Assembly (NCBI GenBank): GCA_000146465.1
Contig: CP001942.1
DNA length: 64,000 bases
Reading direction: 5' to 3' (one strand)
Positions within the stretch are counted from its first letter, which is position 1; each line of letters begins with the position of its first letter. A program made the translations under genes and the position numbers. A model generated the notes under the pieces. That model was not told the DNA's origin, did no database searches, and was given only the letters and a program-made list of their open reading frames with translations. Below, piece after piece: positions 43,697-53,287 of this stretch.

Positions 43697-43996
43697 TTAC
43701 ATCTTTGTCTTTCTCCGCTTAATTCTTCCTTCTCCTTGCTCCTTGATTTTGTTTCTTGGCCTGTCATCAATGAGCAGCGGCTTGAAGTCAATGTCGTCTC
43801 TGAACATGATGTATCGGATAGAGCTCCCTCTTACAGTGTATGTGCTTACAGGTAGCTCATCAACTATAGCATCTACCATTTCCACATTCATTGTTTTATC
43901 TATAGAAACCATCTTGCCCTCTACCTTCCTACCTTCTTTTGTTTCAATTCTAACTTTCTCGTTTTTGCATTTCCTTAGAAACCGTATGAGCTTCAT
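43697..43996 (-). CDS. SMD1: Small nuclear ribonucleoprotein Sm D1.
   Basis: 99 aa. MKLIRFLRKCKNEKVRIETKEGRKVEGKMVSIDKTMNVEM...VRGSSIRYIMFRDD aligns with human SmD1 [40 protein letters not shown]...IRGNNIRYFILPD. Confidence 0.85.
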   Translation of the reverse strand: MKLIRFLRKCKNEKVRIETKEGRKVEGKMVSIDKTMNVEMVDAIVDELPVSTYTVRGSSIRYIMFRDDIDFKPLLIDDRPRNKIKEQGEGRIKRRKTKM

Positions 43997-44097
43997 TTCG
44001 TGGGTAGTCTGCCATACCGAGTCATTACTCCCAAAACCCAGAAATCGATTAATGTTCTTTCAGTATCCGGATTAAATTTTTTAGCTTTCCACCCATA

Positions 44098-44952
44098 ATG
44101 AAGGAACTTATCGATGTTTTGTACTACGACCACATTCTGTACAAACTAGCGAACCTGTACACATTAGAAGACACTAGCAATGAAATAGCTCAGTACCAAA
44201 AGATTGCACAGAAGCTTCTGGTGAAGCTCCGCTCAGACAAGGTGGTTTTTGATGCTGAAATAGGACTGAAATTTGCATATATAAAGCTTTTCGATCTTCA
44301 CTTGTCCTTTCCAAAGTGCACAGGCAGACTCCATGTTTCTTGTTGCCAGAAGCACTACTGGCAATTTCTTAGTACCTCCTTCGACTACCTTACAAAAATA
44401 ATGGCAGAATATTCTTCTCTGAAGGAATGTAATACATTCAACCGCCTTCTCTACAGTGTAGTGGAAATGGCTTTTGCCAGCTCTCCTACGTTGGATCAGT
44501 TTGAAGCCCTAAATAGAGACGAGGGCTCTAGCCCGATGAAGCCGTATCTTACTCAGCGTGGAATTAAGGCCGAAACCGAGGAGGACTTTAGTTCCGAGAA
44601 GGAGAAGCTTCTTAAGACCCTTAAAATCAAGCCCAAGGACGAGAACGATCTTTTCAACAAGACATTTCAATGCATAATGGACGAGCTCAAGAAGACATTT
44701 CTGTCCTTCGATGTTCCCCTTCTCGAGTTCTTTGCCACTAGCGAAGTGATCCAACTAAAAGAGCTTTATCCCAATGCATTTGAAGGCTTCGAAGGTATCC
44801 CTGTATCGTCAAAGAGTTACAAGGAGGAAATATTGAAGGAGTACCTAGATTTAAGGAATTCTCTCAGCAAGACTAGAAGTGCATTCATAAATCCCAAAAA
44901 CAAAGGGGAAAAAGTAGTCTGGGGATCCGATGCAAATCCCTCCGAGAGGTAA
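44098..44952 (+). CDS. Hypothetical protein (284 aa).
   Basis: ORF only. Confidence 0.45.
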   Translation: MKELIDVLYYDHILYKLANLYTLEDTSNEIAQYQKIAQKLLVKLRSDKVVFDAEIGLKFAYIKLFDLHLSFPKCTGRLHVSCCQKHYWQFLSTSFDYLTKIMAEYSSLKECNTFNRLLYSVVEMAFASSPTLDQFEALNRDEGSSPMKPYLTQRGIKAETEEDFSSEKEKLLKTLKIKPKDENDLFNKTFQCIMDELKKTFLSFDVPLLEFFATSEVIQLKELYPNAFEGFEGIPVSSKSYKEEILKEYLDLRNSLSKTRSAFINPKNKGEKVVWGSDANPSER

Positions 44953-45266
44953 ACATCCATTCTCATTTATTGTAGAAAGAATGTGATTATTCCTAAAAGG
45001 AATTATTGTTTAAGTTATTCTCTAAAATTCATTAGTAAACCTGATACTATCTTTTTCCTTTGTATTTCCGTCTCAAACTTTCATTTCCTAATGACTGAAG
45101 ACATTTCAAATTAATGTCACTCACTTGTAACTCCCGAGCCCAGGCTTATTTCTCCATTTGTTTGTATTAGAAAGCTTTTTAATCTCCAGGCATGTCAATA
45201 AAATTAAATTAAGGATTTGTTTACATCAATCCAAAAGCTTAAATTCTTTCAGGAACTTACCCCTTA

Positions 45267-45488
45267 ATGAAAGGAATACAGAAAGTTTTCTCTCTCATGT
45301 TTTTGATCTTCGGTCTTGTGTACGCAGCAGAGGAAACCAACAAGTCGTCTAATAACGGAAATGGCGGTTCCTCTTCAGACTCTCAGAAAGAGGAGAGTAA
45401 GGAAAAGAGCACTGAAAGCTCATCCCTAAAGTTGGGAACAAGTCTGCTTGGACTTGCATCCATCCTTGCCATCTGCCTGGCCAAATAA
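45267..45488 (+). CDS. Small Ser/Gly-rich secreted or GPI-anchored-like protein.
   Basis: 73 aa. It has an N-terminal signal-like MKGIQKVFSLMFLIFGLVYA, a Ser/Asn/Gly/Glu-rich core, and a C-terminal hydrophobic LLGLASILAICLAK (GPI-signal-like). It sits in a 600-bp gap otherwise devoid of genes. Confidence 0.4.
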   Translation: MKGIQKVFSLMFLIFGLVYAAEETNKSSNNGNGGSSSDSQKEESKEKSTESSSLKLGTSLLGLASILAICLAK

Positions 45489-45559
45489 ACCTTGCTTTTG
45501 GACGTGTAATTTATTTATTTTTTAAATATACAGAGCATATAAAAATACACCTTTATTTT

Positions 45560-47407
45560 TTAAAACCTTGCTCCTATCCTCATCTCCAGCTTGGATATTG
45601 CTTCATCCTTCCTTCTAAGTTTGTCGGCCATTGCTGAATAAAGGCTTTTTATTCTTTCTTCGTTCTTACGGCACTCGTTGAATCTTTTTTCCAGCATCAT
45701 GTTGCTTGCCTTAAGAGCCTTATTCTCCTTTCCTTTCTTCTCGAGGTATTCCTTGCAGACCTCTAGATCTTTTCTAGCAATGCTGAACTCCTTGGTGAAG
45801 TCTTCCAGGAACTTCATTGTTCTTCTGTGCATCACATCTTTGTTGTTCTCGGCAAAACCCATGGCCTCGTTGGTCTCCTTGTCCATCACACGGATCTTCC
45901 TAACCAGATCCTTGTATGAGATCTTGAACCTTCTTACCATCTCGTCAACCGGAACCACTGCGTTGATTCCAAGAGTTTTCAGAAACTTTCTACTGTCTTC
46001 TGTAACTGCAACAATCTTTCTATACTCCTCCTCTTTGCTTTTGAGCTCTTTGAGTTCAAGTCGTAATGTATTTATCTCTTCTTCTGCTTTGTCTTCTAGT
46101 CCTTTCTCTCCAAGAATCTTTCTTGCCAAGCTTATCTTGGAATCTATGCTACGAGCCATTCCTTCAATCTCACCCAATTTTTTGTCACATTCCCGCCCTT
46201 TTTCTTGCAAAAGGTCCTTCAGAAACATCTCAAGCTCTCGAGATCTCTCCAGATCCGAGGTAAAGCCCAAGCATCTTTTCCGAAGTTCCTCTACCTCCTC
46301 TAAGACCACTGCTTTTTCTTTTTTTTCTTTCTCCAGCTCTGCCTTAATCTTGTAGACTTCCAAGCCTCCATATCCATCCTGGGACACTTTATATGACAGC
46401 GCCCTTTTCTCATTCTCACAAACCTCAAGTCTTTTCTTTAGCTCTCCTCGAGTGGCTTTCAAGTTCTCAACTTCTCTTTTTAGTTCTTCGTTCTTTAGTG
46501 CTAATTCTTGTTTGTCTCTGGTTTCTCGCATATAGTTCTCTCCCATCTCCTTCAGGTACAATTCATTCGACTGTCTTTGCCTGTAAATTTCCTCATATTC
46601 CTTTTCCATACTTTTGTAGTGCTCTCGAATCTGGCTTATCTCTGCTTCTTTGAGATTCATCTTTTCTTCAAAAGACCTCACAATACTTTGAAGTTGAGAA
46701 ATCTTGTTGTTGTATTCATTTCTTTCTCGATCTCGTTCATACATTATCTGGTCTTTTTCTTTATTGCTATTCAGAAGAGCATTCTTGTAGGACATCAGTT
46801 CCTTTTCAATTTGGACCCTTTCTTCCTTTTCATATGCCATCTTTTCAATCAAGTTCTTCTGCTCATCAATCGCACTCTTACTTCTGTTGAAACACTCTCC
46901 CAGCATCCCATTCTCCTCTCTCAGCTTGGTATTGATTCCATTGACACTCTCTAGATGCTTGAGAAGCCTGTTGTTTTCCTCTTCAAGCATCGATATCCTA
47001 TTAAGATGTTCCTGCAAACCATTCTTCAGCCGGTCCTCCGCATCCTCTTTCTCCATCCTCATCTTCTTGATCATTTCGTCCATTCCCTCAATTCTTTTGC
47101 TGAGCTCCTCGTTCTCTCCCTCAAGAATGTCTATCGATCTCTTACTATCAAGAAGAAGCTTCTGAATGTCTTCCTGGATGTTGACCCCCGAACTTGCTTT
47201 ATAATGAGAAAGTTGATGCTTGATCTCAAAGTTTTCGTTTCGAAGCTCCTCGATCTCCCTCTCATAATCCTTAACTGTCTTAATCCTCTGCAAAGGATTG
47301 AACTGAAGCGAAAATGAGTGTTCTTCCATCACACAGTAAGGGTTACCACCCTCAACAAAAATCCTGGGAATTCCAAAAGAGGAGAGACCGTCCTTTACAA
47401 ATATCAC
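45560..47407 (-). CDS. Large coiled-coil protein.
   Basis: 615 aa of Lys/Glu-rich heptad-like sequence. Confidence 0.6.
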   Translation of the reverse strand: MIFVKDGLSSFGIPRIFVEGGNPYCVMEEHSFSLQFNPLQRIKTVKDYEREIEELRNENFEIKHQLSHYKASSGVNIQEDIQKLLLDSKRSIDILEGENEELSKRIEGMDEMIKKMRMEKEDAEDRLKNGLQEHLNRISMLEEENNRLLKHLESVNGINTKLREENGMLGECFNRSKSAIDEQKNLIEKMAYEKEERVQIEKELMSYKNALLNSNKEKDQIMYERDRERNEYNNKISQLQSIVRSFEEKMNLKEAEISQIREHYKSMEKEYEEIYRQRQSNELYLKEMGENYMRETRDKQELALKNEELKREVENLKATRGELKKRLEVCENEKRALSYKVSQDGYGGLEVYKIKAELEKEKKEKAVVLEEVEELRKRCLGFTSDLERSRELEMFLKDLLQEKGRECDKKLGEIEGMARSIDSKISLARKILGEKGLEDKAEEEINTLRLELKELKSKEEEYRKIVAVTEDSRKFLKTLGINAVVPVDEMVRRFKISYKDLVRKIRVMDKETNEAMGFAENNKDVMHRRTMKFLEDFTKEFSIARKDLEVCKEYLEKKGKENKALKASNMMLEKRFNECRKNEERIKSLYSAMADKLRRKDEAISKLEMRIGARF

Positions 47408-47461
47408 TACCTAGTGGATTGGCTGTGATTTCAATTTCCTCCAAGTTACCCCACCATACTG

Positions 47462-48367
47462 ATGGGAAACCGCCATTCTCAGATAAAGAAATCTCCTTAC
47501 GAGATTTTGGATCTATCCCCAATATCCACAAAGAGAGAGATCAAGGACCGCTACAAAACCCTTATTCTCGAGGTTCATCCAGATGTGCAAAAGGTTCATT
47601 CTTCTCAAGCATCCAAGGAGGCGGTTGAAATAATGGAAGCATACAGATCTATTATGAAGTCCCCTCCGAGGTTTGAGTTCTACAATGAGGAACTTTTTAG
47701 GAAAGACCTCAGAAAATACGCCGAGGATTTCTTTGAAAGAGTGAGTGACTACTGTGGAATACCAAGTGCTCCGAAGTTCGGTGATCCAGACTTTGAAAGA
47801 TTCTACCAGGTATTTAGCAACTTTCGAACACAAAAAACATTTGAGACCGAAGAGGAGAAAAGCGAGTTCTGCAGAAATGTTAGGAGAATAGCGAGGGTCG
47901 TCAGGAGTCTGGATAAGAGAGCGAATGTCGAGAGTCTCTCTATTGAGGTCTATCAACCCTCTCCTAAAGCAAAGGAAAAGAAGATAAAGACCTATCCGTT
48001 CAGCTGTAGTCATTGTGATAAAGGATTCCATTCTCGGAACCAGGTTATAAACCATTTTCGAAGTAAAAAGCATTTTGAAAAGGTGAGCCTGGTTTCCGAA
48101 ACACCCAAGGAATATGTAGAAAATCAAATACAAGAAATTGCAGAGGAAGACTTCTCCGAACCAGTCTGTGAGCCCTGTGTAGACCAAATTCCAGAGAATG
48201 CCGAAAGACACTGCGCTGAGGAGCAGGAAACTCCCAAAAAGCCCACGGGAAGGCAAGAACCTGTTCCCTTTAGAACATGTGCAGAATGTAAAATTGTGTT
48301 CGGAGGGAGGGCCGAGTTGCTCATGCATCTAAAAACTGCACACAAGAATCCTGAGAATAGAATTTAA
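47462..48367 (+). CDS. JJJ1: J-domain protein with C2H2 zinc fingers (Jjj1/DNAJC21-like, ribosome biogenesis).
   Basis: 301 aa. The J domain is SPYEILDLSPISTKREIKDRYKTLILEVHPD. It has a zuotin-homology-like FERFYQVFSNF and two C2H2-like fingers (CSHCDKGFHSRNQVINHFRSKKH and CAECKIVFGGRAELLMHLKTAH). Confidence 0.7.
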   Translation: MGNRHSQIKKSPYEILDLSPISTKREIKDRYKTLILEVHPDVQKVHSSQASKEAVEIMEAYRSIMKSPPRFEFYNEELFRKDLRKYAEDFFERVSDYCGIPSAPKFGDPDFERFYQVFSNFRTQKTFETEEEKSEFCRNVRRIARVVRSLDKRANVESLSIEVYQPSPKAKEKKIKTYPFSCSHCDKGFHSRNQVINHFRSKKHFEKVSLVSETPKEYVENQIQEIAEEDFSEPVCEPCVDQIPENAERHCAEEQETPKKPTGRQEPVPFRTCAECKIVFGGRAELLMHLKTAHKNPENRI

Positions 48368-48393
48368 TATTAAAATAAATATGCTATGAAAAA

Positions 48394-49005
48394 CTAGTAG
48401 TCCCATCTGTAAAACAATCCATCTTTCATCTTTACAGCTCCTACAAACACCAAGCTCTTCAAGTGTCTATCGAAGTCTTCATTCAAAGCTTCCTCCGTAT
48501 CTGTCCCACGTCCTATTGCATCGGCAGCTAGTCTTTTCAGTTCTTCATAGTTGAATTTCTTGGTAAGCAGTTTGTAGATGATGGTGCTTGGATTTTCTTT
48601 GGATAAATACAACTCCGGGCTGAGTAAGGAAGATCTTATAGAAGCAAACACATCCGGCATAAATGAAAGCTCTACACCCCTGTTGCTGTATTCTCCCGCC
48701 AGCCTCCTCTCTATGTCTTTATAGTTCTCGATTCTTTCGCTCTTTTCTTCATCCGAACACATCACAAACTCAAATCTGTAGTGCTTGAACATTCTCATCT
48801 TGTAGAAGAAAAACTCAAAATTCACCACATAAAACAAGATCTCTTTTCCAAGTAGAAAAAGCTCTTTGAAGGCCTTCAGCGTAACATCTCCACTGGTAAA
48901 TTTCAAGACATACTTCTTTTCCGGACATATCACATAGGTTCTCTGCAGATCAGAAATAACCTCTGCATCGGGAACATTCACTGTTGAAACTATCTTTATG
49001 ATCAT
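48394..49005 (-). CDS. Hypothetical protein (203 aa).
   Basis: ORF only. Confidence 0.45.
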   Translation of the reverse strand: MIIKIVSTVNVPDAEVISDLQRTYVICPEKKYVLKFTSGDVTLKAFKELFLLGKEILFYVVNFEFFFYKMRMFKHYRFEFVMCSDEEKSERIENYKDIERRLAGEYSNRGVELSFMPDVFASIRSSLLSPELYLSKENPSTIIYKLLTKKFNYEELKRLAADAIGRGTDTEEALNEDFDRHLKSLVFVGAVKMKDGLFYRWDY

Positions 49006-49122
49006 CTGAAGGGATTATCAAAGTAAAGGATAAGATCCAGAAATATACACAAAGCTTGAAGCAAGCCGGAATTTATTCCATACCATATCTTTGGAGACAC
49101 ATAACCTGTAGAAAAAAGATTC

Positions 49123-49635
49123 CTACTCCTCTAGTCGATTACATATCCAATTTATTCCTTTGTGGACACCTAGGAATGACCTTGACTCCTCGTAAAGAAT
49201 AAACTCGATCTTTCCATGGCTTATCTCGTCGCAGGTCCTCTTAAGCTCTTGCACAGACTCGTTTCCATAGATGTTCGACTTGCATAGTACAACAATAACA
49301 TCTTTTGTCTTTGTGGCATCTTCTCCAATAAGCGTAATACACTTCTCGACAGAGGTTTTGTTGTCTGCATCCACAGCAAAGACGACTGCAGCAGAAAGGC
49401 CCATGTGGATCCCTCTTATCTCATAAAGGTCTGCATTGTCATCCAATGACTGGAAAATGAGCTCCATTCCATTTGCAATGCATGTGTCTTCTGAAAATGG
49501 CCGGAGAGATTTGTCTTCCTTGTAGTTCGAGACAGAGTGCTTCAGAACATGTCTCTGGTCTTCCTCCAGCCCCAGAAGAGCAACAACATACTTCTTTCTT
49601 GTGGCTCCACAGCATAGGGAAAGGACCCAATCCAT
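49123..49635 (-). CDS. Arf-like small-GTPase-fold protein with degenerate nucleotide-binding motifs (candidate pseudo-GTPase).
   Basis: 170 aa. It is collinear with Arf: KKYVVALLGLEEDQRHVL aligns with KEMRILMVGLDAAGKTTIL (P-loop lost), VVFAVDADNK with LIFVVDSNDR, VIVVLCKSNI with LLVFANKQDL (NKxD lost), and GINWICNRLE with GLDWLSNQL. Confidence 0.45.
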   Translation of the reverse strand: MDWVLSLCCGATRKKYVVALLGLEEDQRHVLKHSVSNYKEDKSLRPFSEDTCIANGMELIFQSLDDNADLYEIRGIHMGLSAAVVFAVDADNKTSVEKCITLIGEDATKTKDVIVVLCKSNIYGNESVQELKRTCDEISHGKIEFILYEESRSFLGVHKGINWICNRLEE

Positions 49636-49705
49636 TATTTTATGGGCAAAAAATTGACAACAAATACCTTCTTACCTACCAAAACTCTCCATTTAATAAA
49701 AGTAT

Positions 49706-50623
49706 TTATTGCTCCAGAAGATAACCCACTTCCTCTTTCAGAGTTCTACTCTTTTCTATAAGTATGGAAACCGCCTTCCTTAACAGGTACAGGGGATCCA
49801 GAAATACGCTGTTGATTGTAAAAAGAAAATGGTCCGACTTTCTTCCAATGAATACCTTGTCCTTAAACTCCTCATGCCTGAGTGCTTCCCTGCTCATGGT
49901 GTCCAGACGGGGATTACTTACATAAGCCTTCATTCTCCCATCGCTTTGCTTTACTTCTATGACTCCTTCTGAAAAGCATTTTTGAATCCTAAAGGCATCC
50001 TCATCAAAGAAGTCTCCTATCTCAATCAGCGGGAGAAGTCTGTACGTTGCAGGGCATACAGGACTCCATTTTGCATGTGTTTTTCCTGTATTCTTGGTGC
50101 AGACAACCTCGGCACTTATTTTCTGCCCATGGGCTAGCTTGAACATGAGTACTCTGCTGCTGAACTTGGCATTCTTTATCATTTCCCTCTGATTTCCTAA
50201 TGGAATCCATTTGATATCATCAGAGTACACATTCAGAACATCCTTATTTTCATTCTTAACATCAAGAGAAAACTTGAGGGAGTTCCTCTCGTTCATCTCC
50301 CCCTCCACAAACTCAAACATCTCGGGATCCACTTCCAGTGGAATTAGCCCTAGTCTATGTGCTATGAATTCATCCGGAAATACACTCTCGTTTTCCTTCA
50401 GAAAGACATCCTTGATGGCCATAGTCGGAACATCGTTGCAGAGTATGCGTCGAAGTGCATTGGCAAAGGAGCAGTCGACATTAATAAGATCAAACTCTAG
50501 CTTCTCCTTAGAGTACTCTGTTATCCTCAGCTCAACCTCCTCCACCATCTGCTCAAACGACTTTGTCTCTCCGCAATATAAGTCTGTGATTGTCTCCCTT
50601 CCCAACTTGTATATCTTCGACAT
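49706..50623 (-). CDS. RPC40: DNA-directed RNA polymerases I and III subunit RPAC1 (AC40).
   Basis: 305 aa. [27 protein letters not shown] aligns with [43 protein letters not shown] aligns with [37 protein letters not shown] aligns with [21 protein letters not shown]. Confidence 0.85.
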   Translation of the reverse strand: [305 protein letters not shown]

Positions 50624-50654
50624 CCTTGCAGGGCAAATTTTTCCAAATCGTTAT

Positions 50655-52619
50655 TCATGTTCTCTCCTCCATCGGTCCCATGGTAAACACCTTGACCATT
50701 CCGTCGGCTCCTCCAGTGGCATACTTACTTCCATCCTCATCAAAAGATATCCTATTGACCCGCTTACTATGCTCCTTACTTCTTGTCCTAATGGTAAACT
50801 CTCCTCCTTGGAGATCTGCAGTTAACACCTCCCCAGATTCAAGTCCTATCAGGAGAAGATACTTCTTAGGTGAAAAGCTTAAGGACGTCACCTCGTACTC
50901 AAATCTAGACTCCCATTTCATTCCAAATTCAGGACCTTCATATACAAATATACTTCTGTCTCGAGAACACGTGGCGAGATATTTTGAATCATGGCTGAAG
51001 CTACAATCCCACACAACTCTCTTATGGTCCCTTAGTCTTTGAAAGAACTTAATGCTTTTGCTAACATTATAGATTGACACACTCTTGTCTTTGGAGGCTG
51101 CTGCCAGGTACTTTCCATCCCGTGAAAATACCAACCTTTCGATCCCATAGTCGTGTACTTCTATGTAATCCATCAGCTCAAAGTTTCTGTTCCATACAAA
51201 AATCCCTGAGAATTTCTTCAGCGACGACTTGTTACAGGAAACAATGAAATCCTTAGACACGGCAACATCAGATACATCAAAGTAGTGTCCATAGACCTTT
51301 CTTATCTCGTTGAAGGTGGCCACAGACAATAGCTGCTCATTGAGTGATTCAAAAGTAAAGTCTTCCAGAACTACGTTTGTTAAAGACAGTTCGGCACAAA
51401 CAGCTGCAAACTTCAAACTGTCGATATCACAAAAGAAGTCGTGTATAGACCTTCTCTGCCGGGAAATACCCATTTCCTCCAATGACTTACTCACGTCTTT
51501 TTCCTTATTTTCCACACTCAAGCATGTCATATAAAACACCTGTGTAGGCTCATAGATTCTTAAAATTGTTTCCTGTGCAGAGCTTATGAATTGAAGGTTC
51601 TCGGTATTGAGAAACCTTGCCGAGGTTAGCCCATATCCATGCTTCTGTGGCCTACCTACCTCATGCCCCTTGTAGAATATCCGGGACGTCATATCAAGCG
51701 AGGCCGTTAGGAGAAACTCATCTCTCCAGTCGATAGACCTCACTTCGTCGATATGGCCCGAAATAAAATTCTCCAGAACATCTCCAAACTTGTAAAACCC
51801 TCCAGAATTCGATTGTCCTACAATATAGTCTCCAGTCATTAGAACGTTAAAGAAGGCTCCTTCTCCGCCCAGTCTCATCACATCTTCCCACCTTCCAGAC
51901 TTCTTCTTCCAGTGGATTATCGACCCATCTCCAGATGAGCTAAGTAGATCTCCCTCTCTTGTCCACCACAGTCCGTAAACCCAGTCTGTGTGCCCATTAA
52001 GGGTTTGAATATGCTCAATCCATCCTTCTCCTTCAATAACTCTCCATATCTTTATGGTTTCGTCCTGTGACGCCGTGGCAATGTAAGCCTCTCCATCAAT
52101 GGAAACAGACTTGATGTCTTGGATGCTGTCTCTGTGCCCTTCAACTTCATCCCACAAAACACAACTGCCTTTTCCCCATAGCACATAAACACTCCCCTTT
52201 CTGCTCCCAATAAATGTTCTGTCACAAATCGTTGTTAAACACGTAGGAATCCATGTATTTTCGACTTCTCCCGTAATCACATTTCTGTCCATGTCATATA
52301 CGAAGGTTCTATCCATCGTACAGAACGCAGCACATGATTCCCTCATAAAACCAACCGCTTCAATACATCCTTCAAAGTCATGCTTCCTAACATCTCCGTT
52401 TCTTATTATATATCCCCTCCCATTCACATCTCCTGCCACTATCGTTCCATGGCTACATTCGACCGCATTCACATCGCCGTCCATACAAACTACAGAAAGA
52501 ACCTTTCTTTCGTCAGTTATGACTACATTCGACCTAGACCCATAGGCCATTCCATTCCCAAATGCTGCAGAGACCTTTGGCTTTCGTGTGCAGCCGGCAG
52601 ATATGAAAACAGAGTCCAT
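50655..52619 (-). CDS. ELP2: WD40-repeat protein, probably Elongator subunit ELP2.
   Basis: 654 aa with multiple WD repeats. The N-terminal VFISAGCTRKPKVSAAFGNGMAYGSRSNVVI aligns with yeast Elp2 IFIGANKQTQVSD...IVAFGAGKTIALW. Confidence 0.65.
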   Translation of the reverse strand: MDSVFISAGCTRKPKVSAAFGNGMAYGSRSNVVITDERKVLSVVCMDGDVNAVECSHGTIVAGDVNGRGYIIRNGDVRKHDFEGCIEAVGFMRESCAAFCTMDRTFVYDMDRNVITGEVENTWIPTCLTTICDRTFIGSRKGSVYVLWGKGSCVLWDEVEGHRDSIQDIKSVSIDGEAYIATASQDETIKIWRVIEGEGWIEHIQTLNGHTDWVYGLWWTREGDLLSSSGDGSIIHWKKKSGRWEDVMRLGGEGAFFNVLMTGDYIVGQSNSGGFYKFGDVLENFISGHIDEVRSIDWRDEFLLTASLDMTSRIFYKGHEVGRPQKHGYGLTSARFLNTENLQFISSAQETILRIYEPTQVFYMTCLSVENKEKDVSKSLEEMGISRQRRSIHDFFCDIDSLKFAAVCAELSLTNVVLEDFTFESLNEQLLSVATFNEIRKVYGHYFDVSDVAVSKDFIVSCNKSSLKKFSGIFVWNRNFELMDYIEVHDYGIERLVFSRDGKYLAAASKDKSVSIYNVSKSIKFFQRLRDHKRVVWDCSFSHDSKYLATCSRDRSIFVYEGPEFGMKWESRFEYEVTSLSFSPKKYLLLIGLESGEVLTADLQGGEFTIRTRSKEHSKRVNRISFDEDGSKYATGGADGMVKVFTMGPMEERT

Positions 52620-52697
52620 AGATGCTAAAGGGATAAAAAATTGGTTCCAAAAACTTCTTCGATCTCTATTTATTCCAAAAACATCCAGTAGCTCGCT

Positions 52698-53264
52698 TCA
52701 GCTCTGCTTCGAACTCTCGCGGACCTTGGCTAGGGCATCTTCCAGTACGATAGACAGTTTGGATTTGTCATTGAACGACTTCTCAATGTTCCGTATTAGC
52801 TCGCCCAGGTTAATTCCATGACTCTCCATCACCATGACACTCCTTTGGATCCATACCTTCTCAAGCTCACAGTACTTCCTGTAAAGAGAAGGATTCTTCA
52901 TGGCCATCTTCTTTGTTTCTTCAAACACTTGGTTTACTGCCTTCTTAAGCAGAATCTTCAACTCGATGGAATCCGGGTCTACATCCCTCGTGGTCTGAAC
53001 CACTTCGTTTGCAAGATATAATAGATTCAGCCTATGGTATGTACTGGATCTGTTATAGACAAACATCCATCCGTCCACTATTTCCTTGTAATCTTTTTTG
53101 AAGGTCCTTATAAACAGTCCGGCAGTCTTCATCTGCTCCTCGGTTGGAAGTAGGTTTATCAGTGACTTCAGGAGATACTCCTTCGATAACGAAGCCATAT
53201 TCGAGGGGCTGTTCCTCTGGTATTTGTCAATGCCTCGATTGGGAGGAGTCGGAAACAAAGCCAA
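52698..53264 (-). CDS. CID (RPR) domain protein, Rtt103/RPRD1-like regulator of Pol II CTD.
   Basis: 188 aa. The CID signature is YHRLNLLYLANEVVQ, followed by a coiled-coil tail. Confidence 0.65.
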   Translation of the reverse strand: MALFPTPPNRGIDKYQRNSPSNMASLSKEYLLKSLINLLPTEEQMKTAGLFIRTFKKDYKEIVDGWMFVYNRSSTYHRLNLLYLANEVVQTTRDVDPDSIELKILLKKAVNQVFEETKKMAMKNPSLYRKYCELEKVWIQRSVMVMESHGINLGELIRNIEKSFNDKSKLSIVLEDALAKVRESSKQS

Positions 53265-53287
53265 AATGAGAAAAATGGAATCCCCGC

